From the NCBI GenBank assembly GCA_034780895.1, contig JAUZTB010000076.1, positions 60,416,069-60,475,374 of the forward strand: a stretch of 59,306 nt of DNA, written 5' to 3'. Shown here piece by piece: positions 35,513-49,300 of this stretch. The first letter of the stretch is position 1. Every line of letters begins with the position of its first letter. A model generated the notes under the pieces. It made no database searches. It was not told where the DNA came from and saw only the letters and a list, made by a program, of their open reading frames with translations. This DNA is from Rhynchobatus australiae (lineage: Eukaryota). Both the position numbers and the translations under genes were made by a program.

Positions 35513-37681
35513 TGACATTATCAATCCAGCAAACAACCAGACCAGGTTGAGCACGCCCCATTGCTATTACTGACACAAATTCTGATTAGGTGGAAATTTG
35601 CAGCAGGCGCACTTAAAAGCAGCTGGCTAATGCAGGGAGAGCCACTTCTTCAAGTGGTAAATTGAATGAAACATTGCACTGGGTGAATAATTCACACATG
35701 TTGCCATGTGAGTGACTTGTGGCCCTAGTAAATCCTGTGGACCCAATTCAGTTTGCTCACAAGACTGATGGTATGACCAAGGTTGTGGATAGAGTGATGT
35801 CACATACACACAGACAGGCACACTGTAATGTGCTGCAGTTCTGTAAAAGCCCCACTGACGTGAAAGCAACGCTTGCCTCATGCAGTCCCACAATACCACA
35901 CAAGCTGTACATCATAATAATATTTATCTGAAGAACACACCAGCATTTGACCTGCCGGCAAGCAGCAATGAAAAGACCTGAAAGAAGAACAGAATGTGAC
36001 AGTGAACTGCGCACAAAAATGAAAGCACAGAATCAGCCACAGATATGAACACCGTCAAAATTGGAGTACACCCACCGTTTCCAGGTTTTACAGTCCTTGG
36101 AGACAGAAGGCAGAGTCCTAACAGCATTATATAAGGCTGAGAGGTGAATAACAGCATTACTGTTAGGAGCAGAAAGCTGCAGATTAAATTAGCAAGACTG
36201 ATGTGATTATTTAGACGTTATGATCATGAACTTAATTACATTCTGCATCTTCCAACATCATGATGAATATACGCAGAACTTTGCAAACATGGTTAATCGA
36301 AATTATGAACATTGCAGTCCAAGAATAATGACTCTTCCAAACCCTTCTGTTCAGAAAGATCAGCATGGCACTAAAATATCCTTGAGAATAGTGAATCTGC
36401 CAAGCATAAGTATCAACGTCCACTGCATAAGCCCTTCCACATTTCCATTAGTACTGCAGGGGACTGTGCAGTAACATTATTGAGAACAGTATTTTACAAC
36501 ATCCTAATTGTAATCTGAATCCAAAAACTAGATGAGATAAACTTGATTACCTAACTGCAGTACAGAATAAAACTGACCCAATGAACCAATGAGGTTTAGG
36601 GCAGGTTTCAAGTGATAATTCAAAGTGACTTACTGTTAGAGTCAGCATTACTTCACCACTTTGCATGCACTGTACTGACTCAATTGAAATATGCATCCAA
36701 TTTGTCTGGACACCAGTGTCATAAAATAGCAAATGCTGATGTACATGCATTTTGAATATCTAATGTCTTCTTTAGAGTAGCAATCAGCAATAGAACATAC
36801 ACAAATCTCTACTGATTAAGCACTAAACCTGTGGATGATATCAATTGAAAATTATCCATCCTCAAACCTCTGACATACAAAACATCCCCTTGTGTGTTAA
36901 GATTTGTACGATATTGTATCATGGCAGGCCATAAGGTATGATAGGATATTTAGCATAAAATGTGAGAAAGAAGAATTTTATAAGCTATGGTAAAAAGATT
37001 TAAAATCAGGGAAGCTGAGGTGAAGCACAAGAAGAATATTTAGTGCAAAGTCGAGTTCAAATAATAGGTTGGGAACGATCAGCAGGCTTGAAGACAAGAA
37101 TAGATGAGTGTTGGGACCTCTTAGCCCACTGTTAAGTCAGGATGAATGACATGCACAAAAAAGTACTCTACAAAAGGTGTGCTTCAGGGAACAAACTTCA
37201 TCGGTGAGCTGCTGGGCCCTGTTGAGTGTGTAAACAAGTAGGTTGCTTGTGTTACTCATATGTTGTTCAATAAAATCATGACATTGATCTGATTTGAGGG
37301 ATTCCTACAGTATTTATCACTTCAATAGCTATTTCCCCTCTTTCCTAGGAGATTCTTGATGAACTTAATATGCAATGAAGAAAGAGTCACTGCATTGCAG
37401 GAGGATATCTAGACCACCCCTGGAGTTGTTCCTTATTAATGCAGAGTGCTTTGAAAACACGTCACCATCATGTACAGATAAACAAAACCAGATAAATGCA
37501 AAATGTCCTGACATTCACTTGCTCTTATTGGTAATAGTCTTAACACTGCCTGTTGGGTTGCTCCAAGTGCACATTTTTATTGGCTGAATTTGATAACCTG
37601 GTTGCCAAATTTCTGTACTTTAAAAGTAGAACAAACTGTTTTAACACAGTTATTGATAAATTTTTGCTTAAATATAACTAC

Positions 37682-37780
37682 CTTGTTTGGTTGCACTGTT
37701 CTCCGAAGGTTCTCCATCCACTTATCTCTCTCTGCCACGGATGAACAGCTAAAGCATTTACTTCCTCCTGTGTATGAAAC
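37682..37780 (-). CDS. RASAL2: RASAL2 PH-domain exon ([33 protein letters not shown]), 99 nt, phase 0-0
   Basis: ttgcag acceptor and GTAGTT donor. Confidence 0.97.
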
Positions 37781-40700
37781 CTGCAAAACAAAATGTGTCA
37801 GGTTATGCCTGGCATGCTACAAGTGCAAGATGAAAACTAATTCAGTGTCATTTGTTTACATAACAAGATGTAATGAGAGGTTGAAAACAATACCAGTTCA
37901 GTGCAGATATGAAATATTCAAGTGCACCATTGGATGTGAATCTTGAAAAGCATTGTTGAAGACTTTTCATGTTTTTACAGAAATGTTAGAGTCATGTGTT
38001 GCATACAAAGGCAACATTGATTAATATAAATTGTGCAAGTATCTCCACCAGAAGATTGGAAGTTTCAGTTACATTTGTACTCCGCTGTCACCCAGTCAGG
38101 AAGGAAGAATTTATCTAAGTGGCAAAACAAGGCACAGTAGCACTAGTCAAAGCCAAAGGAATACAAATCATAGTGACGGTATTTAAACTCAATCCCTTCC
38201 CAAGTAAGATCAGCATTTAGCTGTCTTTCCCAGAATTATTACTTGCAAAAAGACTTTGTTTAAACCACAAGTCTTTACCACGGTATGGATTTCAGAGCAA
38301 ATGTGCCAAAGTATAATAAAAACAATTGCAATAGAGCCCCTCACCATGTATATTCTCCAGTGTCAGGGGAAAATTCAAACACCATAAAGATCACATGGCT
38401 GACTGTTTTGAGTCTCCTTTCAGGCAGTACAAAAGGACAGCCTGCAGCATTGAGTGGTACTTGTTTATACCTTAGGGTAGCATTATAGCAGCAGCACAAA
38501 GGAAATCATATCCTTTGTGGTTAAGGAGTAGTCTCTGTGCCAACTGAGTCACATCACCTTTTTCTTTACTAGCAAAGGTGAGATCACCTTCAGTGCCACG
38601 GTCCAAATTCAAATGATGCTTGCTGTCCTGAGTTAGCAACCTTGGTGTCCACACAACTACCAATGGAGTGTTTGAGTAAACAGTCACATGCTACAATTAG
38701 GCTGAAAATTTGCCTGCAGCCTTTCACTACCATGGTGAATCTGGTAGTTCTGAAGACAGTACTTCCTATTTTAAAAAGGGCATTGAAGGAACTTATTGAC
38801 AGAGGACATGAACATCACATTAAAATAAAGTGATCCAATAAATATACTGAAAAGGAGAAATCTCAAAGTTCTATGAGGTCTTATTACACAATGCTGTTCT
38901 ACAAAGGGAAACTACAAAGACTGTCCTTTTTAAACATCATCATTCTTTCACATATGAATAAAGAGGATCTGCTTTCAAATCCATGGCTGTCCTCACACTG
39001 AACCTTTTGACGACACGACCTTTGCACAGATTTTGACCTGAAGCTAACCTCTTGGGTTGCAGTCAATCAATCACCTATACAGCCCTTTCCATCATCTTCT
39101 TGAGGCCCTTCTCTCTCACTCAATGCTTGAACCTTTACTCCTTTAAATTTACACTGCTACTCTTCACTACCAACATTTATTATTTCCATTAATACAACCA
39201 GTGACTTTAGAGGAGAGAACACATTGTTTACTTCACCATCTAATGAAATGCTGTTGCCATTTATTTATATAAATATTAATTATCAAAGTAACACAAGGAA
39301 AACCCCAGCACTAGTTCAAGTGTCAAGTGAAAGAACTACAGTGAGATAATTGAGATAGACTGAGCTAACTGAAGGCTCCACCACTAAAAATGGGCTGAAG
39401 GGGAATGGAAAAAGATTTGGGAAGGTACAGAAATGGAGGAGTGGTTCCAGAGATGGGGTGAAATGAGGTTGGGTGGAGAATAATAATTTTAAACTTTATC
39501 TGCTGGGGCTACGAGAAACAGGGTAGGGCTGTGAGAAGTTGGATAACTGGCATGCAGGGTTCATGCAGTGCAGAATGTGGCCAACTGCATTGTGGCTAGA
39601 GCGAGTTGGAGGTCAGGAACAAGATTGTGGAGAGCACAGGTCTGGGATTTGGCATTCAGCCCTATTCATGGCTAATCTGTATTCTGACACCCACATGCTT
39701 TGGCTGTACATTCAGCAGCTAAACTCTCAGATTTATATTTATTAATTGAACAAGTATGTCTTGCTTTTTTATGAGAGAGAGTTGTACAAGTATTAAACAA
39801 AGTTTGCTGACTTCTCTCCTAAACAATCTGGCTCTGATTAAGGACTTGCGCTAATGTCCCGGATTTCCTTAAAAGGTATTTATCTTCCTGATCAATTAGG
39901 TTCAGAATCTTAAACATTTCAATAAAATTATCCATTAATCTTTGTACTCCAATTGAGATCATGAAAAGACGTATTCACTTTTTCATAAACTTGAATTGCA
40001 GATAAGTCTTTTACTTGGAACATTACTGAATGGCTTCTGGAAGTGTATTAAAAATAATCCACAGAAATTGTGTGTATTAGTTCTTTAAAAAAATTCAGAG
40101 GCCCATCCATTACACATGCATGTTGATTCTCTCTAATCATTTCAAATTTGTGCTCTGTCACTCAGTCCTTNNNNNNNNNNCCACTATTTTTCTTTCCAAT
40201 GATGGATGTTAATTAACAGAGTATTATTTCAAGGTTTCTGTTTCACTGTAATTTTTCAAGCCAAAGAACAATTGTAGAATTGATGAAACTTGGAATCATA
40301 AGGCAAAAGAATCTGCAAATCCTTCACTACTTCCCTTAAAATGCTGGGATGGAAACCAAGAGGACCTGGGATCTGTCAGTCTTCACAGGCATTTATATTT
40401 TCCTTACTTTTTTTTGTGTGTCCCCTTTACCTTTATTAAGTTTCAGTCCTTTATTCATTATTAGTTTGCAGAATGACAGTTATATTACCCCCTCCCTTTG
40501 CTGTAATGACTGACAAAGTATTTATTCAACAAACTGCCATTTCCTTATGAAATCAAGGCCAAAGAAAATGAGAAAATAAACATTTTAGGAGCATAGGGAA
40601 TAAGATAGGATAAACAATGCAGCGCCAATATTTTGTATTCATATTTTAAAAGACAGTATTGCTCTAAAACAAGGTGGACATTTGGAAAGTACACCAATAT

Positions 40701-42156
40701 ATTTCCTGTTGACAGCTAGGATACATTTCTTCCATTGATCTAAGGAGATGCTGCAGTATTTGTCAGTGCACAACGGATGGTAGCACAGATGGTAAGTACG
40801 AATGAGGGAGAGGAATCGTGAGTGATTACAAAAGCATTTTTCTTCTCAAATCTGGTCTAAAATGTGTTACTAGTTTTCACAAATTTTAAACATTTTGGAA
40901 ATCAGAGGAATGTGTTAGGATCTTAATTTTCTGGAGGTTGATTATGCAAATTTTTAAGCAACCTTGCTGATTTGACCAGGCCCAGCAAGAATGTATTACA
41001 GATGTACAGACTTAATATGCTAATGTCACTTGATCTGCAGCTGTTTCATGTCACTGTCACTCATGGTATTCCCTGCAGACTGCTTGGTAACAAGGGCATG
41101 AAAGTTCATTCAAGAACGGCACTGCGCAAGTAGCACAATCATTTCTGGCAGAGGAGAATAATTAATCACTTATTTGTTCAAGGTCAGACAATAGGACTGT
41201 GCAGAGCTGTGCAGTTCTTTGGTATATTGATGCTCTTTTCCCACAGGCTCAGAAAGTGCTCTTGCTTTGGAATTCACAACAGTACTTGCCTGATGGCTCA
41301 GTTAAAAATATAATAGAAGCAGAAGTAGACCATCTGGTCCTTGAAGCCTGCTCCACCATTCATCAAGATCATGGCTTACCTCCTGCCTCGGAGCCATTTC
41401 CATCACTATTCCCATATCCCTTGATTCCTTTATTGGCCAGAAATCGACTGATCTCTATTTTGAATGAACACAATAACTGAACCTCCACAGCCCTGGCCTC
41501 TGGAGCAGAGAATTCCAAAGGTTCAATGAGGAAATTTCTCACCTCAGCCTTAAAAAACCTGCCCCTTATTCTGAAACTATGACCCTTGGTCCTCACTCCT
41601 CACCTGGGAAAACATCCCTGCACCCTGCCTGTCAAGTCCTTTAACAATTTTGGTTCATTGAGCCCTCCTTTGATTCTGATAAACATGGGAGAATACAGGC
41701 CCAGTCTACTCAATTCCATTTCATTCAACAAACCTGAATCAGCCTAGTGAATCTTTGTTACACTCCCTCCATGGCAAGTGTATCCTTTCTTCAGTAGGGA
41801 GACCTAATCTAAACACTATCTTTCAGGTGGATAACAGTACAAATGGTAAGTACCATTGAGGAAAAGCAATGGTGAGACATTACTGAAAAGCTCTCCTTCT
41901 AAATCCTGGTTTGAAATGTAATACACATTTCCAGAATTTTTGAATACCAAAGAAATCAGAGTAATGCACTGGAATCTCAGTTTGCTGGAAGTTCATACCA
42001 AAGCTCTACAGAACTTTAATAAGATCTTTTTACTCCTGTAATTAAACCCTCCCATTTTAAAGGCTACCATCTGTGTCTTAATTGCTTTTTGCATTGTATG
42101 TTAGCCTTCAGTGACACACCTAAGTCCCATTGAATATCAACACTTCCCAATCTTGC

Positions 42157-42480
42157 ATCCACCATTGAAGACATCAAAAGGTGGTGCCTCAAGAAGGCAG
42201 CAGCCATCATTAAGGACCTTCACCATCCAGGACATACCCTATTCTTGTTACTACCATCAGGGAGGATGTACAGGAGCCTGAAGACCCAAACTCAACGATT
42301 CAGGAACAGCTTCTTCCCCTCTGCCATCAGATTTCTAAACAATCCATGAATACTAACTCATTCTTTTTTTTGCACTACTTATTTATTTTTGTAATTCATA
42401 GATTTTTCTGTCTTTGCACTGTACTGCTGCTGCAAAATAATGAACATCAATTGTCAGTGATAATAAATCTGATTCTGATC
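42157..42480 (+). mobile_element. Rex1/Babar-like LINE 3' end nested in CR1
   Basis: CLKKAAAIIKDLHHPGHTLFLLLPSGRMYRSLKTQTQRFRNSFFPSAIRFLN; tail AATAAATCTGATTCTGAT. Confidence 0.8.
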
Positions 42481-43027
42481 ACTTCACAAATACTTTGCTT
42501 TTCTGTTATGTGCACTAAAGTGAATGACCTCACATTTCTCCACATTATATTCCATCTGCAGTGAACTTGACCACTTCCTCAGCCTGTCCACGTCATCTTA
42601 AAGCATTTTTACATCCTACTCTGTACTCACAATTCCACTCGTTCAGTATTGACAGGAATCTTGGAAATGTGGAATGTAGTCCCCTCAGCAAATTTGTTGA
42701 TTTAGATTGTGAAAATCTGGGGCTCAAGCACCAAACCTTGTGTACTCGACAGCATGCCAACCTGAAATGATCATTTTATTCCCAATCTCTTCCTTCTGTC
42801 CAACCAATTCTTANNNNNNNNNNNNNNNNNNNNNNNNNNNNNNNNNNACCAACTTCCTATTCAGGACATGATCAAACATCTTCCAAAAATCCAAATACAT
42901 CACATCCAAGGGTTCCTTATTATGTATTCTGCCAGTCACATCCTTAAAGAACTCCTGCAGATTAGTCGAACATGATGTTCCTTTCATAACCACATGGGCT
43001 TTGCTGAGTCTTATTCTTTTCGAGGTG

Positions 43028-43325
43028 CAGCCATCCCCAATTTATGGATACCCCTACATGGAAGTGAGCTCCAATAATATTATTAAATTCAGAGATTCAA
43101 CTTAAGTACCAACATTCGTCCCTGCAAATGGCAGGACTGGCTTCTTCTCTCTCTTCACTTTTAGTAAGTTTCTTATCAACCTTGTGTTTTTGATGCCATT
43201 CATTACAATACTGTGGAGATATGGTTACCTTATCGAGTGATATTTGTGTACTTTCCAACATATAGACAAAATTGACCTCAGGATATCTGTAAAAACGGAT
43301 CCATTGGTTAACTGGGGATGTTCTG
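43028..43325. mobile_element. Probable short DNA-transposon MITE inside CR1
   Basis: Inverted ends CAGCCATCCCCAATTTA / TAACTGGGGATGTTCTG interrupt otherwise colinear CR1 sequence. Confidence 0.4.
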
Positions 43326-45990
43326 TGTTCTTAATTGCAGATTCCAGCTTTTTCCAACCAATGATGTTAGTTTCACAAGCCAAGATTGCCCCATTTTCTC
43401 TCTCCCTCCTCTCTCAAAAAGCAAGATCAGATTTCTGAGCCTCCAATCCACTGGAACAATTCCAGAATCTATAGAACTTTGGAAGAGGATAACCAGAGCA
43501 CTCACCATCTCTAAGGCCACCTCTATTAAAATCCTGGGATATAAATCAATGGGATTTATCAGCTTTCAAGCTCACCAACTTCTTCAGCACTATTTTTTGA
43601 ATAATACTTTGTTCCTTCAGTTCCTCATTCTCAATTTTCCAGTATATCAGGCAGGGTTTGTGTATTTTCTTCCATAAAAGCAGATACAAAGGAATTTTCA
43701 TTTTTCTGCTCTTATTCCCCATTATAAATTCTTCTGTTTGTCTGTCAGGGGCTTTGTTTGCCTTCACCATTCTTTTCCTTTTTACTTCCCCATAAAAGTT
43801 TTTACAGTCTGTTTTAATGTTCCTCAACAATCTGTTCCAATGTTCTCATATTTCGTTATGATATAAGAATACAGACCGGCTCCAGGTAACAAATGGGTTC
43901 TGTTTCTACAGACGTCTTTAAGTTGATTTTGTCCACAAATCAGAAAATACACAATAATCACTTGATATGGTAACCATAGCTCCACAGTACTGTAATGAAT
44001 GGTATCAAAAGCACACAAGACTGATAAGAAAGAATAATGACTAAAAGTGGAAAGAGGAAACTAGTTCTGCAGTTCGTAGGAACAAATGTATATATCAGAC
44101 TTTTGAATTTAATAATATTATGGAAGCTCATTTGTATGCAGCCTGTCCATAAGTCAGGCATTCTTAATCCAGGGATGGCCTGTAGGCTATTCAGCTGAAT
44201 ATGCCCATGCTGTCTCCCAATTCAATCCCACTTCTTCATTTACTTCTCTGTAACCTATTCTTCACACTTGGCCAACTGTCCTCCTCAGCACAGTTCTAAA
44301 TGCATCCAACCCTCAGGCAATTTATGAATTAAATGCCAACCACTACCCATCTGCTATTATAACATTTAATGTATTCTCCCAATCAACCACNNNNNNNNNN
44401 NNNNNNNNNNNNNNNNNNNNNNNNNNNNNNNNNNNNNNNNNNNNNNNNNNNNNNNNNNNNNNNNNNNNNNNNNNNNNNNNNNNNNNNNNNATCTACTACC
44501 CATCTGCTATTATAACATTTAATGTATTCTCCCAATCAACCACAGCCAACTCTCTTATTATGCCTTCACAGTTTCATTGTTTAGTTTAAGACCATAGTTT
44601 CACACTGAAATTGCACTACTTTTATTTTCAAATTTATTGTCAATTCTGTTGCATCACCGTAACTTCCCCAAAGGCCCCTTGACAACAGGATTATATAATA
44701 ATCATTTCTTATTGCACAAAACAAGATCCAAACCAACCTTTTCTCCCTCAGTGGCTCATCATATTAATTTAGAAAAGTACCTTATATACATTCCACGAAT
44801 TCATCTTCCACCTTATCATAGCGAATTTGATTTGCCCAATCTGCATGTAGTTTAAAGTTTCCCATGATTACTTTATTACCCCTGTTAAATATGCCTCTAA
44901 TTTCCAATGAACTATTTTACATTAACTGTTTGGTGGTCGATAAATATTTCCTACCATGATTTCTCCCTTTGGTATTTCTTAGCTCACATCAAATTGATTC
45001 CAGTTTTACATCATTCTGTCAAGTCAAGACCATTTCTTATCCTTGCACTGATCTCCTCCCTTACTAATAGTGCTACACAATCCACATTACTTTTGCCTCC
45101 CCTTCCTACATGTTGAATACCCTAGAGTATTTAGTTCCCAGCTTTGGTTATACTGCAGCCATGTTTCTATCATGGTAATTAGATCACAGATGTTTACTTC
45201 TACTTGTTCTTTGGTTATCAGTGGGTGAAGAAGTCCCCAAATTAATATTTTCATTCACTGTGTTATCAAATGATCAATGGATATGTGCACAAGGATCTGA
45301 AAAGCAGCCAATGGTTGTAAAACCATAGCACACAAGATTCAACAACTTGAGATATAGCATGAAAAATTGGCTAATAACATAGGCTGTTTTATGCAACACC
45401 TTTCATGTCAATGAGGCATCCCAAAGTACCAAACTGTAAGCAATTACCTCCATTTGAAGTTATCACTGGCCTTCAGTGTTTAATATAGCAACTCATGTGT
45501 TCACATCACGAGTCCATAAAAAGCAGACAACTTGATTTCTAAATTTTTTGAGTGGCATTAACAAAGGGTATATGTTGGCTAGAACAGCTTTCCAATTCTT
45601 TGAATCTTGATATGAATATCTGTTACTGGGATCTTTCATTTAGTATCTCAATCAACGATTTACACCTCCAGTTCTACCTATGCACAGAAAGGTCAATTTG
45701 AATAATGTGGCCCAATACTGCAGTGGNNNNNNNNNNNNNNNNNNNNNNNNNNNNNNNNNNNNNNNNNNNNNNNNNNNNNNNNNNNNNNNNNNNNNNNNNN
45801 NNNNNNNNNNNNNNNNNNNNNNNNNNNNNNNNNNNNNNNNNNNNNNNNNNNNNNNNNNNNNNNNNNNNNNNNNNNNNNNNNNNNNNNNNNNNNNNNNNNN
45901 NNNNNNNNNNNNNNNNNNNNNNNNNNNNNNNNNNNNNNNNNNNNNNNNNNNNNNNNNNNNNNNNNNNNNNNNNNNNNNNNNNNNNNNNNN

Positions 45991-46326
45991 CAGTATCTTT
46001 CTCCTCAGCATCAAAATGTCTCATACCAGTGGGCATGCATTTAAAGTGAGAGGGGCTAAGTTCATAGGAGATGTGTGGGGCAAGCCTTTTTAAAAAAAAG
46101 AGTGGTGGGTGCCTGGAATGCACTGACAGGGTGGTATTGGAAGCAAATATGATAGAAACATTTAAGAGGCTCTTAGATAGGCCAATGAATGTGCAGAGAA
46201 TAGAGGGACATAGATCTTGTGTGGGCAGAAGAGGCAAGTTTAGTTTCGTGCTTAATTTCTGGTTTAATTAGTTCAGCAAAACATCATGGGCCAAAGGGCC
46301 TGTTCCTGTGCTGGACTGTTCTATGT
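45991..46326 (+). mobile_element. CR1 3' end
   Basis: GHAFKVRGAKF, FKRLLDR, and tail GGGCCAAAGGGCCTGTTCCTGTGCTG. Confidence 0.8.
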
Positions 46327-49300
46327 GTGAACAAAAATGAATAAAATACAAGTTCACATCTTGCCAGTCTGTGTGAATGCAATATTTGCTTTGCAGTATT
46401 TGTACAGGCATGGAACTCAGTGTTTGGTCAGTATTTGTTGCTTCACCTAGAGCTGCTGGTGGAGGTACCAGAGTCTGATGATCAGTTAAAAGCTAAATCT
46501 CAAACGTCCGGTGACCCTTGCTCGAAAGTGAGTGCTTGCACATTTGGTGGATCCAATTGTGAAGTTCCCTGCATTAAAACTTCATAATGTAAATTGCAAA
46601 AAAAAGTGCAGAAACTTCAAAAAGCATCCATAGAACTGTATCCCAGAATTCAGTGTCTTCAAGAAAGAACAGAAACAAAAAAATACAAGAATAAATAAAA
46701 AGGGGCCCAAAATATGTGACGAGATGATGGAGGAAATCTTGAAACAAATTCTGAAGTGCACACTGAAGCAGTAAATACAGAAATCCAGAAATTGCCGTAT
46801 TTGTGCTCTGGTGAAGCCTTTGCTAACAAGCAGAATCAAAGTATTGACAAGAACGTTGGCTATGTATGAATACTGAAAATTTTCTACTTTGTTAAACAGC
46901 ATACTGTGCTGTTATCTCTCTGATCTGACAGAAAACCAAGTCTTTTATGCATTCAGCATTTATTCCTTCAGATAATTATTTCAAAATTACATATTTTTTT
47001 AAATAATAAAGTCTTTTTCAGCTTTGATTTTAATTCTCAGCCAAGAAATTGCTATCATACCTTCCAGCACTATTTGTGGAAGTCCTGTAAAAGTCAAGAT
47101 TATCAGGTTTCTCGATGTAACGCTGTGGTGTGTTAGCTTCAGTGTGGGACTACTGTATTGATCTATTAACAGTTCTCGGAGCTGCTGGCATTTAGCATAG
47201 CAGCTGCAATTTTAAAAAGCCACTCTTAAAGGGACATAGCATATAACAAGCAGCTTTCTCCCAGCATCAAAGGAGTGCTTCTACTTAATGAATGAATAAT
47301 GCAAGAATTGGGGTGGGGAGAGTGGGGGCAAGTGAGAGAATGTTTGCAGGGGTCAAAAGGCCCTGGACAGGCTAATGAAGAATGGTGCCTACAGGAGGCA
47401 AGTTCGTTATGCAAAATGGCAGTAGAGACACTTAAGGGGTAAAGTAATCACTCCTGACAGGATGTCACCAGGGAAGACTCTAAATGGATGTTATTACAGT
47501 TGATGAATGTCCGCATTGCAGGCAGCCCCCACCCCCCTCTTTGCCCACTCCCCCAATCCAGTGGGCTGAAGGAAAAGTAAATATGTTCTTCTCTCCCTAA
47601 GTATGGAACTTGAGTAACCTCCCAAATGCAGCAGTCAGCAGTGAACTGTGAGATTTGGCAGCAACAACCTGTAATCTCAAGGTTATGAAGCTGAGAATGA
47701 CTCTAACCTGGACCACTCTGGACAAAACAGTTTTATGTGTTAAGTATATCAGAGGATGCAGGAGGTCAATCTCAGGAAGGACATCCAATGTAACTTGAGT
47801 GTTGGAAAAATTCTTTGAATAACATCATATCAGGGGAAATGTGGCTAATCTGGCAAAGAGATGATTTTATCTGTTAGCAACCCTCTTCAAGGTCAGCAAC
47901 AAACATCATCATCTTGCCCCAGAACCTGGGCTATAGAGTTACTCTTGTGTTTCTGTAGGTTATGAGTTTGAGATGCATGGCATTACAGGGTGTGATTCAG
48001 TTTCTGTATTATCATCTGTCTGGATCTTTGAAAATACTTTGTACATCAAAGTTTCCAAGTGGCAGTGGAGTTCCAACCAGAAGTGAAGGGGATAATGGAA
48101 CAATTGGTGCCACAAGCTGAAGAAGGGAACTGGATTTTGTGTCTTTGATACATGAAGGATTTCCCTTGTGAGAGATTGAAAATGCATCACTCAGGGACAC
48201 AGAACTCCACAGTTGGCACCTGGCTGGTTGGTTAGTGTGGTGACATGCAGCCCTAAGAGCTCGTCAAAAGCTTGCACTGTCTGGCAGATAACCACCACTG
48301 TGCATAGTTGCAGACAGTCATTGGGAGTAAGGAGCCAGTGATCACATTATTGTTAAAGGGAAAAGGGGCTTAAGGTAAAACTGCAAACTAATTACCTGCT
48401 CCACCAACACAGTGCATATGAATTCTGTGTGCACCTCTCTCATTGCACCTCTCTCTTTGAAATAGATGACATGTTGTGTGGTATATTGCAAATCCAGTCT
48501 CTCTTGAGGCAGATATTACAATTAGTCTTTCAGTGAATTTGGGAGATTCCTTGAGCATTAAAATTATAGTCATAGCTATTTTCTAAAATAAAATCTCAGA
48601 AGTCATTCACCAAGTTCAAATCTCCTTTCAATATTGGCTAAATATATTTAGCTTTTCTGAAATTTTAAACAGAATCAACAGTAATTTTTGGATTTAACAT
48701 GTTTAAGGAGCTTGATAAAGGCAAAGCTATATGATTGCACAAGCTCCTAAAGGAGGGATCATTTCAAAAAAGAGAAATGACCCAATTCTTTTCCATCAGA
48801 TTTACTTTGTTCCTATCGGATTGAATTTACTCAAAAGGAAAACTTAATTCCTGCTTACAGTTAGCTGCTTTCTGTCTTTCAGTTGACCCAGACAGTATGT
48901 TAAAATAAAATTGTTCACATTCATCCAATAAAATTTACAGTGCTTTCCTCTTGACAGCTCCACACTTAATACACTTGATTTTACAAGTTTCCTAATTTTG
49001 GTCTCCTCAGGACAAATAACTCCATTTGGGATTCCAAACTCCAATTAAAGGCAATGAGATTTCCCCTTCCTAGTGGGGAAGCTTTGTCCTTTCAAAAACA
49101 ATCAGTAACAGCACTTGATGCATAATCAGCAAAAGATTATGTCATCCCATTTCACAATGCAGCCTGCCAGAGATCAAAAGCTGGTCAATTGATCAGAATT
49201 TCAAAACATCAAATCTTCCCAATGTAAGTATTAGACTTGTGACCAAGTCAGGAACCTTGTCGATATTTCTGAATATATTAGCATGAATCATCCATTAAAT

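Larger units (their letters stand above)
41310..43825 (-). mobile_element. CR1 RT-3' fragment interrupted by three insertions
   Basis: Minus strand: GIVPVDWR..LFERGGREK, SCSTNLQEFF, YLDFWKMFD, RTKGHSFRIRGR, and a 3' tail near 41310. Confidence 0.8.

Noticed and set aside
46720-46760. EMMEEILKQI resembles a stretch of mammalian TEX35, a RASAL2 neighbour
   Set aside because: A short, low-complexity coiled-coil-like match in a frame bounded by stops; not enough to claim homology.
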